Shown piece by piece: positions 40,299 to 50,475 of a stretch of 64,000 nt of DNA. Both the position numbers and the translations under genes were made by a program. The stretch covers positions 3,296,001 through 3,360,000 of the forward strand of contig OZ245033.1 in NCBI GenBank assembly GCA_965224025.1. Reading direction: 5' to 3'. A model generated the notes under the pieces. That model saw nothing but the letters and a program-made list of their open reading frames with translations. It was not told the DNA's origin and did not search any database. This stretch comes from Candidatus Multivorans sp. (lineage in GTDB: Bacteria > Acidobacteriota > Thermoanaerobaculia > Multivoradales > Multivoraceae). Positions within the stretch are counted from its first letter, which is position 1; each line of letters begins with the position of its first letter.

Positions 40299-41104
40299 TC
40301 AGCCGCCTGGCCCCACACCGACGCAGTCACCGCAGTTCCTGCTGCCTGGGTCTGTCATCGGGTTCCAACCGTGATCGCGCCAACAATCATGCGTGTCGAG
40401 CATATGGCCCAAGCAGTGGGTAGAGTCATTGGTATTGTTGTCTAAACGATCTTCACCGCCGTCCGAGCACGCCTCGAATTGGCGATGGAGTTCCTCGTCA
40501 CAGGCGCGCGAAGCTTCGGATGGGACCCCGTTCAAACACAAAGTGCACCCGAAGAACCGGATTGCTCTCATGTGCTCCTGGTTGAGATGTCCTCCGGGAT
40601 CCGTTCTTGGGGATTCCCTGCACTCTTTCTCAGTCCACCCGTGGTCCTCATCGGCGACCGCCATCCTTATCACCGCCGCCCCTGAGACGGCGGCGGGTGC
40701 TTTGGGTGGGGTTGGGAAGTAGTTACAAGCTTGTAGACAAGGAAGTCGTTGTAGAGAGCAACTACATCTGAGTCGCTCGCGGTTACGAGAAACTGCTCTA
40801 ACTCTGAATGGATTGAGGTGATATCTGCCGGCCACGTCAGGGAATGTCGGACTACGTGTTCCGGTACGACTCTGTAGGCGGTCAAAGCGAGGTGCTCGTG
40901 GTATTGGAGCTTCGCCCGAGCGCTCATTTTGTCGAAGTTGTGCAGCAGCTTCTTGCGAGCAGTGACCGCGTTGTGAGCGGTGGGTTCGAGCAACATGAGT
41001 GTTTCGCGCTCATCGGGCATCTCGCGTTCATCGGGTGATTGGGACATGGCTGGGGCTACAAGCGCAAGCAGCGCCGCACAGGCAGAAACTAGACACTTCT
41101 TCAT
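40299..41104 (-). CDS. Orphan secreted protein with helical N-domain and Cys/His-rich C-domain, split by a -1 frameshift near 40700
   Basis: Signal peptide MKKCLVSACAALLALVAPA with AAGGAGG SD; ORFs 40670..41104 and 40299..40835 are each homologous to one half of 572..1343; visibly lower GC. Confidence 0.65.
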
Positions 41105-41369
41105 GGTTGGAGCCTCCTTCGGGTTGTGCTCAGCTCGCCCGTCAGCGCGGGCCTTGTCCGCGAACGATCCCCGGTGGTTACGGTTTGCGCCTAGAACTGT
41201 AGCAGACGCCGGTTGTGTCCTTGGCGTTGGACGCCATCCTTTGGAAGAAGCGCGCTCAGATCATCCCGCAGGGACGCCGAGGAACCTGACTCCGGGCTCG
41301 CGCCCAGGAATCCGCCGCCCGATATGTGCCGCGAAGAGGGTGTAATGGGTCGATGTCCCCGGCCGAGTT

Positions 41370-41885
41370 GGGGCCGCACTCCAGGAGGCCGAAGGCGTGC
41401 AGGATCCTCGATCGGGGCCTGGGGCGACAGACCGGTGGCGAATTCGAGGGCGACGTTCGTGTGGCCGCACCACCCGGTCCGCCACTGCTGTAGCAAAGCC
41501 CGGTCGTTCCAGACGCGCTTTGCCGGCGAAGCCGTCGAGGCCGATTCGTCGGGCCGTCAACAGGATGTAGGCGTGAGGGTTGCAAGTGTCGCCGCCGTGG
41601 TAGGCGATGTCGGCCACCATGCCGGCGGACACGAGCTCATCGCCGACGAAGTCGCGAACCAGCTCGCGGCGCTGTGGCTGGGTCAGTTCGACCGGCAGCG
41701 CGACCTGGACTTAGCGGGCGAGTTGTTCATCCTTGCGCCGCTCGGCGGCCTCGACTTGGTTCCAGAGGCGGGAGCGGTCGTGTAGCCAGGCCGACGCGTT
41801 CTGCGGAGCCAGGATCTCCGCGCCGTCCAGGCCAGCGCGCCGCGAGTAGTCGTGCGTGTCGCCGGTGGGTTCCTCGGTGAGGCTC
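41370..41885 (-). pseudogene. MobA/MobL (MOBQ) relaxase remnant
   Basis: Hand translation: TGDTHDYSRR..EILAP..DRSRLWNQVEAAERRKDEQLAR*VQVALPVEL..GMVADIAYH..NPHAYILLT; in-frame TAA at 41711-41713, HxH changed to HAY, frameshift near 41515. Confidence 0.85.
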
Positions 41886-41909
41886 GTCGGTGGGTCGCCG
41901 CCGGATGCC

Positions 41910-42603
41910 CTAAACGGCGGCCTCGACCGGGTTGCTGAGACGGCAGATGCCTTCGAGCTCGACCTCGAACGTGTCGCCCGGCTTGAGCGCCGCAGTTCGA
42001 CCCGGGGTGCCGGTGAAGATCACGTCGCCGGTCTCGATCGTTGCGTAGTGGCTGATGAAGGAGACGATGGCCGCTGAGCCGAAGAGGAGATCGCCGGTCG
42101 TCTGTTCCTTGGACGACTTCGCCGTTGTGGCGGCCGCGAAGAGTCAGGTCGTCCGGATCGACGCCGGTGACGACGGCGGGGCCGACCGGGCCGAACGTGT
42201 CGCTGGCCTTGGCCCGGAACCACTGCAGGTCGGCGCGCTGCCAGTTGCGGCCGGAGACGTCGGTGCCGCGGGTGACGCCGAAGATCGCGTCCGCGGCCTC
42301 TTCGGGGGTCGCGTTCTTGAGCCGCTTGCCGACCACCAGGACCAGTTCCGCCTCGTAGTGGACGTTCTCGGATCCTTCGGGCAGCACGATCGGCTGCCCG
42401 TGGCCGGTGATGCTGGTCGGCAGCTTGAGGAAGATCGGCGGCTCCTTGGCCGGTTCGGCGTTGCCGAGGTGGCTGCGGTAGTTGAGACCGACGGCGAACA
42501 CCTTGCTCGGGTCGACCGGCGCCAGCAGGCTGGTGTCCGGGGCGGCTACCGTCGATCCGGTGGCGGCGAGTACGGCGAGATGACGGTGAATGCGTGGCGT
42601 CAT
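41910..42603 (-). pseudogene. Fumarylacetoacetate hydrolase family gene, frameshifted
   Basis: AVGLNY, VHYEAEL, WFRAKASDTFGP; extra G near 42107 shifts GDVIFTGTPG...NPV* into another frame; GNDVS appears as GTDVS; N-terminus looks internally shortened. Confidence 0.85.
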
Positions 42604-42715
42604 GAGGGCTCCTTCCCGCGCTTCGCGGTGACCATTGAGTCAAAGGGAATCGTGGCGAGCTTGCCAGAACCTGCGGGACCGCGCTGGAGAAACCGATTGC
42701 GCTGGCTCACCCCAA

Positions 42716-43105
42716 CTACACGACCAGCGCGAGATCCGTCCGCGAGAAGTCTTCGCCCTTGCAGAGCAACGGTTCCCCCAACTGGCGGGCGAGCGCGTAG
42801 GCGAAGCAGTCGCCGTAGTTGAGTCCGGCCGGGTGCCGCCCCTTCCCAAAGTTGGCGAATGCCTGGCGCGCGATCTTGGCCTGAGCGAGATCAACCGCAA
42901 CCACCTCGAGGTCGGCCGACTCGATCAACAGGTCGAGCAACCGAACACCGTCCGCCCCGTGACGCGACTCGAGCACCATCGACGCCTCCACAAAGGTAGC
43001 CGCCGATGTCCGGCACACGGGCGCCGCCGCGATCTCCTCGGTGAACGAGCCACGTTCCGGCTCATCCTGCAGAATCGCGAGTAGTGCCGATGTATCGATG
43101 ACCAT
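42716..43105 (-). CDS. vapC: PIN-domain toxin VapC
   Basis: IDTSAL, FGKGRHPAGLNYGDCFAYA, KGEDFSRTD. Confidence 0.93.
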   Translation of the reverse strand: MVIDTSALLAILQDEPERGSFTEEIAAAPVCRTSAATFVEASMVLESRHGADGVRLLDLLIESADLEVVAVDLAQAKIARQAFANFGKGRHPAGLNYGDCFAYALARQLGEPLLCKGEDFSRTDLALVV

Positions 43106-43359
43106 CAGCGAGGAAGGCCGTTCTCGTCGTACCCGAGAATCTCGTCCGCGGACCGCCTATCGCGTACCGGGAGCTTCGCGCATCGGCGTCCGATCTCGTT
43201 GAGTTCGTCGGCCAGCGTGCGGCCGGACTGTTCTCGTCGACGCCGTTCCAGATGGTTCCGGAGAGCCTCGGTGACTGCCTCGGTCTTGGTTTGTCCGGTC
43301 AGCCTCGCCAGCTCGGTGGCCAGCCGCTCTGTTTCAGCGTTTCTGATGTTGAGCGCCAT
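43105..43359 (-). CDS. vapB: VapB-type antitoxin (Rv0623-like)
   Basis: [30 protein letters not shown], overlapping the vapC start. Confidence 0.9.
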   Translation of the reverse strand: MALNIRNAETERLATELARLTGQTKTEAVTEALRNHLERRRREQSGRTLADELNEIGRRCAKLPVRDRRSADEILGYDENGLPR

Positions 43360-43449
43360 AGCTACATGTATAGCACGGCTACTACACGTATCGTGCCGTC
43401 CAAGGCGATCGTAGTGAACCTGTCACACGCCGTCAACGGGACGGGACGG

Positions 43450-44712
43450 CTACTGACGGAGCTGCGCGGCTGCCTTCGCCTCCAACTCTTCGCGGAACTC
43501 GGGCGCGGCGATCCGGATCAGCCGCCTGGCGCGCTCGACGATGTCCAGGCCGCGGACGCGCGCGACGCCGTACTCGGTGACGAAGATGTCGGCGTCGGTA
43601 CGCAGCGCCGTGGCGGCGTTCCCCGCCGGCAGCGTCCCGACGATGCGGGAGAAACGACCGCTGCCCGCAGTCGCCTCGAAGGCAACGATTGAGCGACCTC
43701 CGCGGGACATCTGTGCGCCGCGCATGAAGTCGACCGCGCCGCCGGTGCCGCTGATCTGGCGGCCTCGGACCATCTCCGAGTTGATCTGGCCGAACAGATC
43801 CACCTCGACGGCCGAGTTGATCGCGACGAAGTTGTCGATCTGTGCGATCACGCGCACGTCGTGGGTGTAGTTGGCTCCGCGGAGGTCGATGAGTTCGCAG
43901 CCGCTCGCCCAGTCGTAGAGCGCCGGCGATCCGAGCACCATGGCGGAGACGAGGCGGCCGGCGTCGATCGTCTTGCGGGCGCCGGTGATCGCACCGGCCT
44001 CGACAAGTTCCATGACGCCGTCCGAGAGTAGGCCGGAGTGGAAGCCGAGATCGCGATGATCGCGGAGAGCCGCCAGCACCGCGCCCGGAATCGCCCCGAC
44101 GCCGGTCTCGATGCAGTCGCCGTCATCGACCAGCTCCGCGACCAACGCTCCGATGCGTCGGGCGGCGGGGCTGGGGCGGGCCGACAATGAGGGGGGCTCG
44201 ATGTCTGTCGCCACGACGTGTTCGAAGCGGTCGACGGGCACGATCGGGGCACCGGGAAGCCGGGGCAGTGATTGGTTCCACTCGGCGAGGAAGGGAACAT
44301 CGTTCCGTTCGAGCACGGCCGGCACGAACTCCGCTCCCAGGCCGAGCGAGCAGTTCCCGTTCCGGTCCGGCGGCGTGAACTGGGCGATAGCCAGGTCGAT
44401 GGGCGCCTCGAGCAGGTAGTCCCAGATCCGCCGGTACTGCATGGGCAGGAACGCCATGGTTCCGGCCTGGAAGCTGTTCCGCATCTCGGGGACGACGAAG
44501 AAACTCCGCACCGTGGCGCCCGCCCACGGTTTGAGCGCCGGCGCCGCCACGCCGGGAATCGGGGTGACCAGGAACTCGACGCCCCGGGTCGCTTCGGGCT
44601 GGTCGTGGAGCGCCGTGGCGATGCCGCGCGGTTCGCAGGCGCCGCCGAACAGGGCCACTTTCATGCCGGGGCGCAGCAGGGTCCCCACCTGGTCGAGATC
44701 GAGAAGCTTCAT
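43450..44712 (-). CDS. Acetyl-CoA hydrolase/transferase family protein
   Basis: GVGAIP, AINSAVEVDLFGQ, GTGGAVDFMRGA, VTEYGVA; start ATG 44712. Confidence 0.9.
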   Translation of the reverse strand: MKLLDLDQVGTLLRPGMKVALFGGACEPRGIATALHDQPEATRGVEFLVTPIPGVAAPALKPWAGATVRSFFVVPEMRNSFQAGTMAFLPMQYRRIWDYLLEAPIDLAIAQFTPPDRNGNCSLGLGAEFVPAVLERNDVPFLAEWNQSLPRLPGAPIVPVDRFEHVVATDIEPPSLSARPSPAARRIGALVAELVDDGDCIETGVGAIPGAVLAALRDHRDLGFHSGLLSDGVMELVEAGAITGARKTIDAGRLVSAMVLGSPALYDWASGCELIDLRGANYTHDVRVIAQIDNFVAINSAVEVDLFGQINSEMVRGRQISGTGGAVDFMRGAQMSRGGRSIVAFEATAGSGRFSRIVGTLPAGNAATALRTDADIFVTEYGVARVRGLDIVERARRLIRIAAPEFREELEAKAAAQLRQ

Positions 44713-44780
44713 GACCAGCCGTAGAGTAGCCGTAGCCGGGCAGCGGGCTGCCGTAAGCCGGACCGGCACACGCGCCGGAT

Positions 44781-44807
44781 GCGGGCAGGGATGCCCGCGT
44801 TCCCAGG
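44781..44807. repeat. REP-like palindrome
   Basis: GCGGGCA-GGGA-TGCCCGC hairpin followed by GTTCCCAGG in a divergent intergenic region; single copy in this window. Confidence 0.45.
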
Positions 44808-44845
44808 CTCCCATAGCCTCGGCGCGCTGATACCCTGCCGCGGCC

Positions 44846-45766
44846 ATGACGACTTCACCACTGGGCGAACGCGCCCCCGCGATCTCGCTCGCCGCAGTCC
44901 CCGGCCGGCGCCGGTTGACCCTCGACCTGGCCGCCGAGATCGAGCGCCGCGGCTTCAGCGGCATCTACTGTCCAAGCATGGGCGACGGTCTGGCGCTCTG
45001 CGAGGCGATTGCGCTCAGAACCGAGCGCATCAACTTCGGCACCTCGATCGTGAACATCTACACCCGCCACGTGACGGAGTTCGCCCGCACGGCGTCCTTC
45101 ATCCACGAGGTCTCCGGCGGCCGCTTCCGGTTCGGCGTCGGCGTCAGCCACGCGCCGGCTCACGCGCGGTTGGGCGTCACCGTCGGCAAGCCCCTGGGCG
45201 ACATCCGCGCCTTCGTGGAGGAGCTGAAGGCGGTGCGGGGGGCCGGCGAGCTGCCGCCGATCGTCCTCGCCACGCTGCGCGACCGGATGATCGCCACGGC
45301 CGCCGAGATCGCCGACGGCATGGTGTTCGCGAACGGCGCACGATCCCACATGGGCCATTCCCTGGCGGCGGCCGGGAAGCGGGCCGCCGATCCGGATTTC
45401 TTCGTCGGCAACATGATCCCGACGGTCATTTCCGACGACCGCGACCTGGCTGCCGCCCGCAACCGGAAGACGCTCTCCCGGTACACGCTGCTGCCCAACT
45501 ACCGCAACTACTGGAAGGCGGCCGGCTACGTCGAGGAGATGGAGGCCGTGGAGCGGGCGGTCGCGAGCGGTGAGATGGACCGCCTTCCGAGCCTGCTCTC
45601 CGACCGCTGGCTGGCCGACTGCACGCTGTTCGGTACGGCGGCGGAGGTCCGCGAGGGCGTCGAGCGCTGGTTCGACGCCGGTGTTGGCACACCCATTCTG
45701 GTGCCGTCGTCGGCGGCCGGCAACCAGCTCAAGGCGCTCGAGGAACTGTTCGCCGCCTACTCGTAG
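44846..45766 (+). CDS. LLM-class flavin/F420-dependent oxidoreductase
   Basis: FGTSIVNIYTR, SGGRFRFGVGVSH, AAEIADG. Confidence 0.88.
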   Translation: MTTSPLGERAPAISLAAVPGRRRLTLDLAAEIERRGFSGIYCPSMGDGLALCEAIALRTERINFGTSIVNIYTRHVTEFARTASFIHEVSGGRFRFGVGVSHAPAHARLGVTVGKPLGDIRAFVEELKAVRGAGELPPIVLATLRDRMIATAAEIADGMVFANGARSHMGHSLAAAGKRAADPDFFVGNMIPTVISDDRDLAAARNRKTLSRYTLLPNYRNYWKAAGYVEEMEAVERAVASGEMDRLPSLLSDRWLADCTLFGTAAEVREGVERWFDAGVGTPILVPSSAAGNQLKALEELFAAYS

Positions 45767-45791
45767 AGGTTGACTCGCAGGAACCGATGAG

Positions 45792-46271
45792 ATGACGACC
45801 ACCGTCAAGGGGCGTCTCGCGGCGCTCGGCCTGGAACTCCCCGCGCCCGCGGCGCCCGCCGCGAACTACGTGCCCTACGTGCGTACGGGATCGCTCGTCT
45901 TCGTGTCCGGCCAGGTGCCGGTGAGGGACGGGCGGCTGGCCTACCGCGGCAAGGTGGGCGTGGACTACTCGCTGGAGGAGGCTCAAGCCGCTGCCCGCCT
46001 GGTCGGGGTCAACATCGTCGCCGTGGTCGCTGCCGCCTGCGACGGCGACCTGGAACGCGTCCGCCGCTGCGTGAAGCTGGGCGGCTTCGTCAACTGCAGC
46101 GACGATTTCGAGAACCACCCGGCGGTGATCAACGGCGCCTCCGACCTGATGGGGGAGGTGTTCGGCGACAAGGGGCGGCACGCCCGGTTCGCGGTGGGCA
46201 CGAACAAGCTGCCCTTCAATGTTCCGGTCGAAATCGACGCCGTCTTCGAGGTCGACCGCCCAACTCGCTGA
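45792..46271 (+). CDS. RidA/YjgF-family protein
   Basis: PAANYVP, VSGQVP, VINGASDL, HARFAVG, VEID. Confidence 0.92.
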   Translation: MTTTVKGRLAALGLELPAPAAPAANYVPYVRTGSLVFVSGQVPVRDGRLAYRGKVGVDYSLEEAQAAARLVGVNIVAVVAAACDGDLERVRRCVKLGGFVNCSDDFENHPAVINGASDLMGEVFGDKGRHARFAVGTNKLPFNVPVEIDAVFEVDRPTR

Positions 46272-46349
46272 GAAGCCTTGGCTTAGGGGAGCGGCACCGG
46301 CCGCCTTGGGGCGGGTCGCCGGCCCCCGGCTGGTACGATGCGACCCGCC

Positions 46350-47720
46350 ATGTCCACCCAGCGGGTAGAGATTCTCGGCGACACGATGCGCCGGCTGGCG
46401 CGCCGCGGGGCGCGGCGGAACCTGTCGCGCGTGCTGAGCAAGGTGCGGCCGGGAGATGTCGCCGCCGCGTTGCGGAAGCTGGTGCCCACGGAGCAGTTGT
46501 TCGTGGTCCGTCTGGCGCTCGAGGACTACCCGGATTCGGCTGGCGAGGTGCTGCTGGAGCTCGAGCCCGGCGAACGGCGGCCGCTGCTGGAGGAGCTCAC
46601 CCCGGCCGAGATCGCCGGGTTGCTCGCGCCGCTGGCGGTCGACGACAGCGTCGAAATCGTCGACGGCCTCGAGGACGAGCTGCGCGAGTCCGTGCTGGCG
46701 CTGCTCGACCGGCCCGACCGGGACGAGTTGCAGACCCAGTTCGCCTACGAGGAGGACACGGCCGGACGGATCATGAACACCGAGTTCTTCTCGCTGCCGG
46801 AGGACACTTCGGTCGGTGACGCGATCGCCAAGATCCGGGAGCACGGCGAAGTGGAGATGATCTTCTACCTCTACGTCGTCGATCCGGAGGGCCGCCTGGT
46901 CGGAGTGCTGTCGCTGCGGCAGCTCCTGCTCTCGGTTCCGAGCCGCACCCTGGGCGAGATCATGAACCGCGGTCTGGTCACCGCCAACACCGATACGGAC
47001 CAGGAGGAGGTGGCGCGGCTCGCTTCGCGATACGACTTCCTCGCCATCCCCGTGGTCGACGACCTTCGCCGTCTGCTGGGTCTCGTGACCGTCGATGACG
47101 TGATCGACATCGTGCAGGAGGAGGCGGAAGAGGACTTCTACAAGATGGTCGGTACCTCGGACGACGAGTTGCTGTACCGGGAGCGAGCCTGGCGCGTGGC
47201 CGGCATCCGGTTGCCCTGGCTGCTCGTCAACCTGATCGGCCTGACGTTGACCGGAGTCCTGATGAAGGAGTTCCAGCTCAGATTGAACGAGGTCTTCCTG
47301 CTCGCCTTCGCTCCCGTGGTCATGGGCATGGGCGGCAACATCGGCAGTCAGACGATGACGTTGACCGTGCGCGGTCTGGCCACCGGCAGAATCGGCGAGG
47401 AAGGCGGCCGGATGCGGCGCTTCCTGATGCAGCAGATCCGGATCGGTCTCGTCGTGGGCCTGGTCTGCTCGACGGTCGCCGCCGGGGCCGCGGCGTTCCT
47501 CGAACAGAACCCGGCCTACAGCGCCGTGGTCGCGAGCTCGCTGTTCCTCGCCATCGTGCTCGCGTCGCTGATCGGTTCGCTCCTGCCGATGGCCTTCGAG
47601 CGGATGGGCATCGACCCGGCGGTGGCCAGCGGCCCCATGGTCACGACCTTCAGCGACATCACCGGCATCCTCGTGTACTTCGGCCTCGCCACCCTGATGA
47701 TCGACTGGCTGGTTCGCTGA
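46350..47720 (+). CDS. mgtE: Magnesium transporter MgtE
   Basis: TAGRIM, CBS pair, RLPWL, MGGNIGSQ, DPAVASGPMVTTFSD. Confidence 0.95.
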   Translation: MSTQRVEILGDTMRRLARRGARRNLSRVLSKVRPGDVAAALRKLVPTEQLFVVRLALEDYPDSAGEVLLELEPGERRPLLEELTPAEIAGLLAPLAVDDSVEIVDGLEDELRESVLALLDRPDRDELQTQFAYEEDTAGRIMNTEFFSLPEDTSVGDAIAKIREHGEVEMIFYLYVVDPEGRLVGVLSLRQLLLSVPSRTLGEIMNRGLVTANTDTDQEEVARLASRYDFLAIPVVDDLRRLLGLVTVDDVIDIVQEEAEEDFYKMVGTSDDELLYRERAWRVAGIRLPWLLVNLIGLTLTGVLMKEFQLRLNEVFLLAFAPVVMGMGGNIGSQTMTLTVRGLATGRIGEEGGRMRRFLMQQIRIGLVVGLVCSTVAAGAAAFLEQNPAYSAVVASSLFLAIVLASLIGSLLPMAFERMGIDPAVASGPMVTTFSDITGILVYFGLATLMIDWLVR

Positions 47721-47794
47721 ACGGCGGATGGACTATCGCACGGCGGCGCAGATCCCCAGTTTAGGGGACCGCTTCAGCGTGTACTGTAACTACC

Positions 47795-48559
47795 ATGAAG
47801 CGGCGAAGCGGCGAGGCATTGCTGCTTCAGACCATCGACCTTCACGAGCGCGACCGGATCGTCGTCTTCCTCAGCCGCGACTGGGGGCTGAAGCGAGGCG
47901 CGGCGCGCAGCGCCCGGGCGCGCTTCAGCCGCTTCGGCGGCGAACTGCAGCAACTGGCGAAGGTGCATCTGTCCTGGTTCGAGAAGCCCGACCGCGACTT
48001 GGTCCGGCTCGCTGACGCGGAGATGATCAGGAGCCCCGGCGCCCTGCACAGCGACCTGGAGGGGATTCTCGTCTCCTCGTATCTCGCCGAGCACATGCAG
48101 GTGTTCGCGCAGGAGAACGAACCGGACAATCACCTGTACCGGCTCCTGGACTCGACCGTGCAGGCGCTGATCGGCGGCTGCGATCGCTCCCTGGCGGCGC
48201 GTTACCTGGAATGCTGGACCCTGCGGCTGAGCGGCGTGTTTCCGGCGCCCCGGCAGTGTCCGTCCTGTGGCGCCGCGCTCGGTGACGATGCGGTTCTGGC
48301 GGTCGACGCGGCCGGCCTGCTGTGCCCTGCGTGCGGCGCCGGCGCGGGCCCGAATCGCCGGATCGGCGAGCCCGCTCTTTCCTTCCTGCGCCGCATCGGC
48401 GCCGCGGACTTGTCCAAACTCCAGGAGAACGGAGGGGTCGAGGAGGCGACGCTGAAGTCGGTGGAGGCGATTGCGCGCGAGGTTCGGCGTGCCTTCCTGG
48501 GCAAGGAACTGCGCAGCTACGGCGTGATGCAGCGGACGCTGCGGGATGTGGCGCCCTGA
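47795..48559 (+). CDS. recO: DNA repair protein RecO
   Basis: ERDRIV, SRFGGELQ, CxxC...CxxC zinc finger, ELRS C-terminus. Confidence 0.9.
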   Translation: MKRRSGEALLLQTIDLHERDRIVVFLSRDWGLKRGAARSARARFSRFGGELQQLAKVHLSWFEKPDRDLVRLADAEMIRSPGALHSDLEGILVSSYLAEHMQVFAQENEPDNHLYRLLDSTVQALIGGCDRSLAARYLECWTLRLSGVFPAPRQCPSCGAALGDDAVLAVDAAGLLCPACGAGAGPNRRIGEPALSFLRRIGAADLSKLQENGGVEEATLKSVEAIAREVRRAFLGKELRSYGVMQRTLRDVAP

Positions 48560-50475
48560 TGGGGCCGGACCGGCAAGGCGCGCCGGAGCGCCGCCCGCTG
48601 CAGCGGCTTCCCGACACCCTGATCTCCAAGATCGCGGCCGGCGAGGTCGTGGAACGCCCATCGTCGGTGGTCAAGGAACTGGTCGAGAATGCGCTCGATG
48701 CGGGTGCGTCCCGGATCGAGATCGACGTCGTGAACGGCGGCAAGGACCTGATCGTGGTCACGGACGACGGCAGCGGCATTGCCGCGGAGGAGGCGGTTCT
48801 GGCGGTCGAACGCCACGCGACGAGCAAGATCGGCTCCTTCGAGGACCTGCTCGAGGTCGCGACCCTTGGCTTCCGCGGCGAGGCGCTGTCCTCGATCGCC
48901 GCGGTCTCGAAGTGCGAACTGCTGACGGCGCGCACCGCCGGCGACGGTCACAGGCTCGCGGTCGAGGGGGGGAAGGTCACGATCGACGAGCCGGTCAGCC
49001 GGCCTCGCGGCACCACGGTCACGGTGGAGTCGCTGTTCTACAACGTGCCGGCGCGCAAGAAGTTCCTGAAGCGGCCGGCGACCGAACTGCGGCATGCGAC
49101 GACGGTGGTGCAGGGGTACGCCCTGTCCCGCCCGGACGTGACCTTCGTCCTGCGCCACAGTCCCGACAGCGCGTCTCCCCGGCGTGAAGTGCTGCGCACC
49201 CAGGCGACCGGAAGCGACTCGGCCGGCCGGCTGGAACGAATCGCCCAGTTGTTCGGCCCGGATCTCGCAGATCACCTGATTCCGCTGCCCGAGGCCAGGA
49301 GGCGGCAGGGCGTCGACGGCTTCGTCGGCGACCGGGAGACCTCCAGGGGCCGGCGGCAGTTCGTCTTCGTCAACGGCCGCCTGTTGCGGGACCGGGCGGT
49401 GCTGGGGATCTACTACAAGGCGGTTCGGGACCTGATGAAGGGCGATCCGGCGCCGGCCCTGTTCCTGTTCCTCGACGTGCCGCCGGAGTCGGTCGACGTG
49501 AACGTCCATCCTCAGAAGGCGGAGGTCCGCTTCCGCGACGCGGCGCTGCTCGGGCGCGTCGGCAGCGCGCTCCGCAAGGGACTGGAGGCGGCAAAGGGCG
49601 AGGCGCCTGCGCCGCTGCGGGAACTGGGCGGACCGGTGGCGCCCCCGGCCTGGACCGGCATGGGAGAAGTCCGGGAGACCGGCGGCCCGGTGTCGTGGCG
49701 CCGCTCCGGCCCGGGAGACGCCGGTGGACGGGAGGAGGGCGATCAGGCGCCGGCGGCGCCCGCCTGGGCCGAGGAACTTGCCGCCCGCTACGGCGGTGCG
49801 CGGGCGGGGCCGGCGGGGAAGCTGGCGGAGGTCGCCTACAAGCCGCAGCCATCCTCCCCGGTCCCCCTGTCGGGCAAGGGCCGGGAATCGCTCCGGCTGA
49901 TCGGACAGTACAAGGGCACGATGATCCTGCTCGAGGGCCCTGAGTCGTTGTTGGTCGTGGACCAGCACGTAGCCCACGAGCGCATCCTGTACGAGCGCTT
50001 TCGCCGCAGTCTCGGCGAGCAGGAGTCCCTCAGTCAAACCCTGCTTGTGCCCCGTGTACTGGAACTCTCCGCGGCCGAGAACGCGGCGCTTGCGGAATGT
50101 TCCCCGGGCCTCGCCCGCTGCGGCTACTCGGTCAGCAGCCTCTCCGGCGGCAGCGCCGCGATCACGGCGATTCCGGCCGTGCTGCCCGACGCCGAGGCGG
50201 AGAGCCTGGTGCTGCGGATCGCGACCCGGGTCGCCGGCGGCGACGAGTTGCCGAGCGAAGAGGAGGCGCTGGCGGAGTACCTCCTGACCCAGTTGGCGGC
50301 CAGCCGCGCCTGCCGCGCCGCGGTCAAGATGCACCAGGCGCTGTCGGCGGAGAAGATGGAGAGTCTGATCGGGGAGCTCTTCGCCTGCGAACACCCGTAC
50401 ACCTGCCCGCACGGCAGGCCGGTGGTGCTGGAACTCACGGACCGCGACCTGGAGCGCCGCTTCAAGCGTCGTTGA
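48559..50475 (+). CDS. mutL: DNA mismatch repair endonuclease MutL
   Basis: IAAGEVVERP, KELVENALDAG, GFRGEAL, VDVNVHP, DQHVAHERILYE, ACR, CPHGRP. Confidence 0.97.
   Translation: MGPDRQGAPERRPLQRLPDTLISKIAAGEVVERPSSVVKELVENALDAGASRIEIDVVNGGKDLIVVTDDGSGIAAEEAVLAVERHATSKIGSFEDLLEVATLGFRGEALSSIAAVSKCELLTARTAGDGHRLAVEGGKVTIDEPVSRPRGTTVTVESLFYNVPARKKFLKRPATELRHATTVVQGYALSRPDVTFVLRHSPDSASPRREVLRTQATGSDSAGRLERIAQLFGPDLADHLIPLPEARRRQGVDGFVGDRETSRGRRQFVFVNGRLLRDRAVLGIYYKAVRDLMKGDPAPALFLFLDVPPESVDVNVHPQKAEVRFRDAALLGRVGSALRKGLEAAKGEAPAPLRELGGPVAPPAWTGMGEVRETGGPVSWRRSGPGDAGGREEGDQAPAAPAWAEELAARYGGARAGPAGKLAEVAYKPQPSSPVPLSGKGRESLRLIGQYKGTMILLEGPESLLVVDQHVAHERILYERFRRSLGEQESLSQTLLVPRVLELSAAENAALAECSPGLARCGYSVSSLSGGSAAITAIPAVLPDAEAESLVLRIATRVAGGDELPSEEEALAEYLLTQLAASRACRAAVKMHQALSAEKMESLIGELFACEHPYTCPHGRPVVLELTDRDLERRFKRR

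Noticed and set aside
40299-40660. Cys/His-rich domain as a c-type cytochrome
   Set aside because: No CxxCH motif in either paralogue
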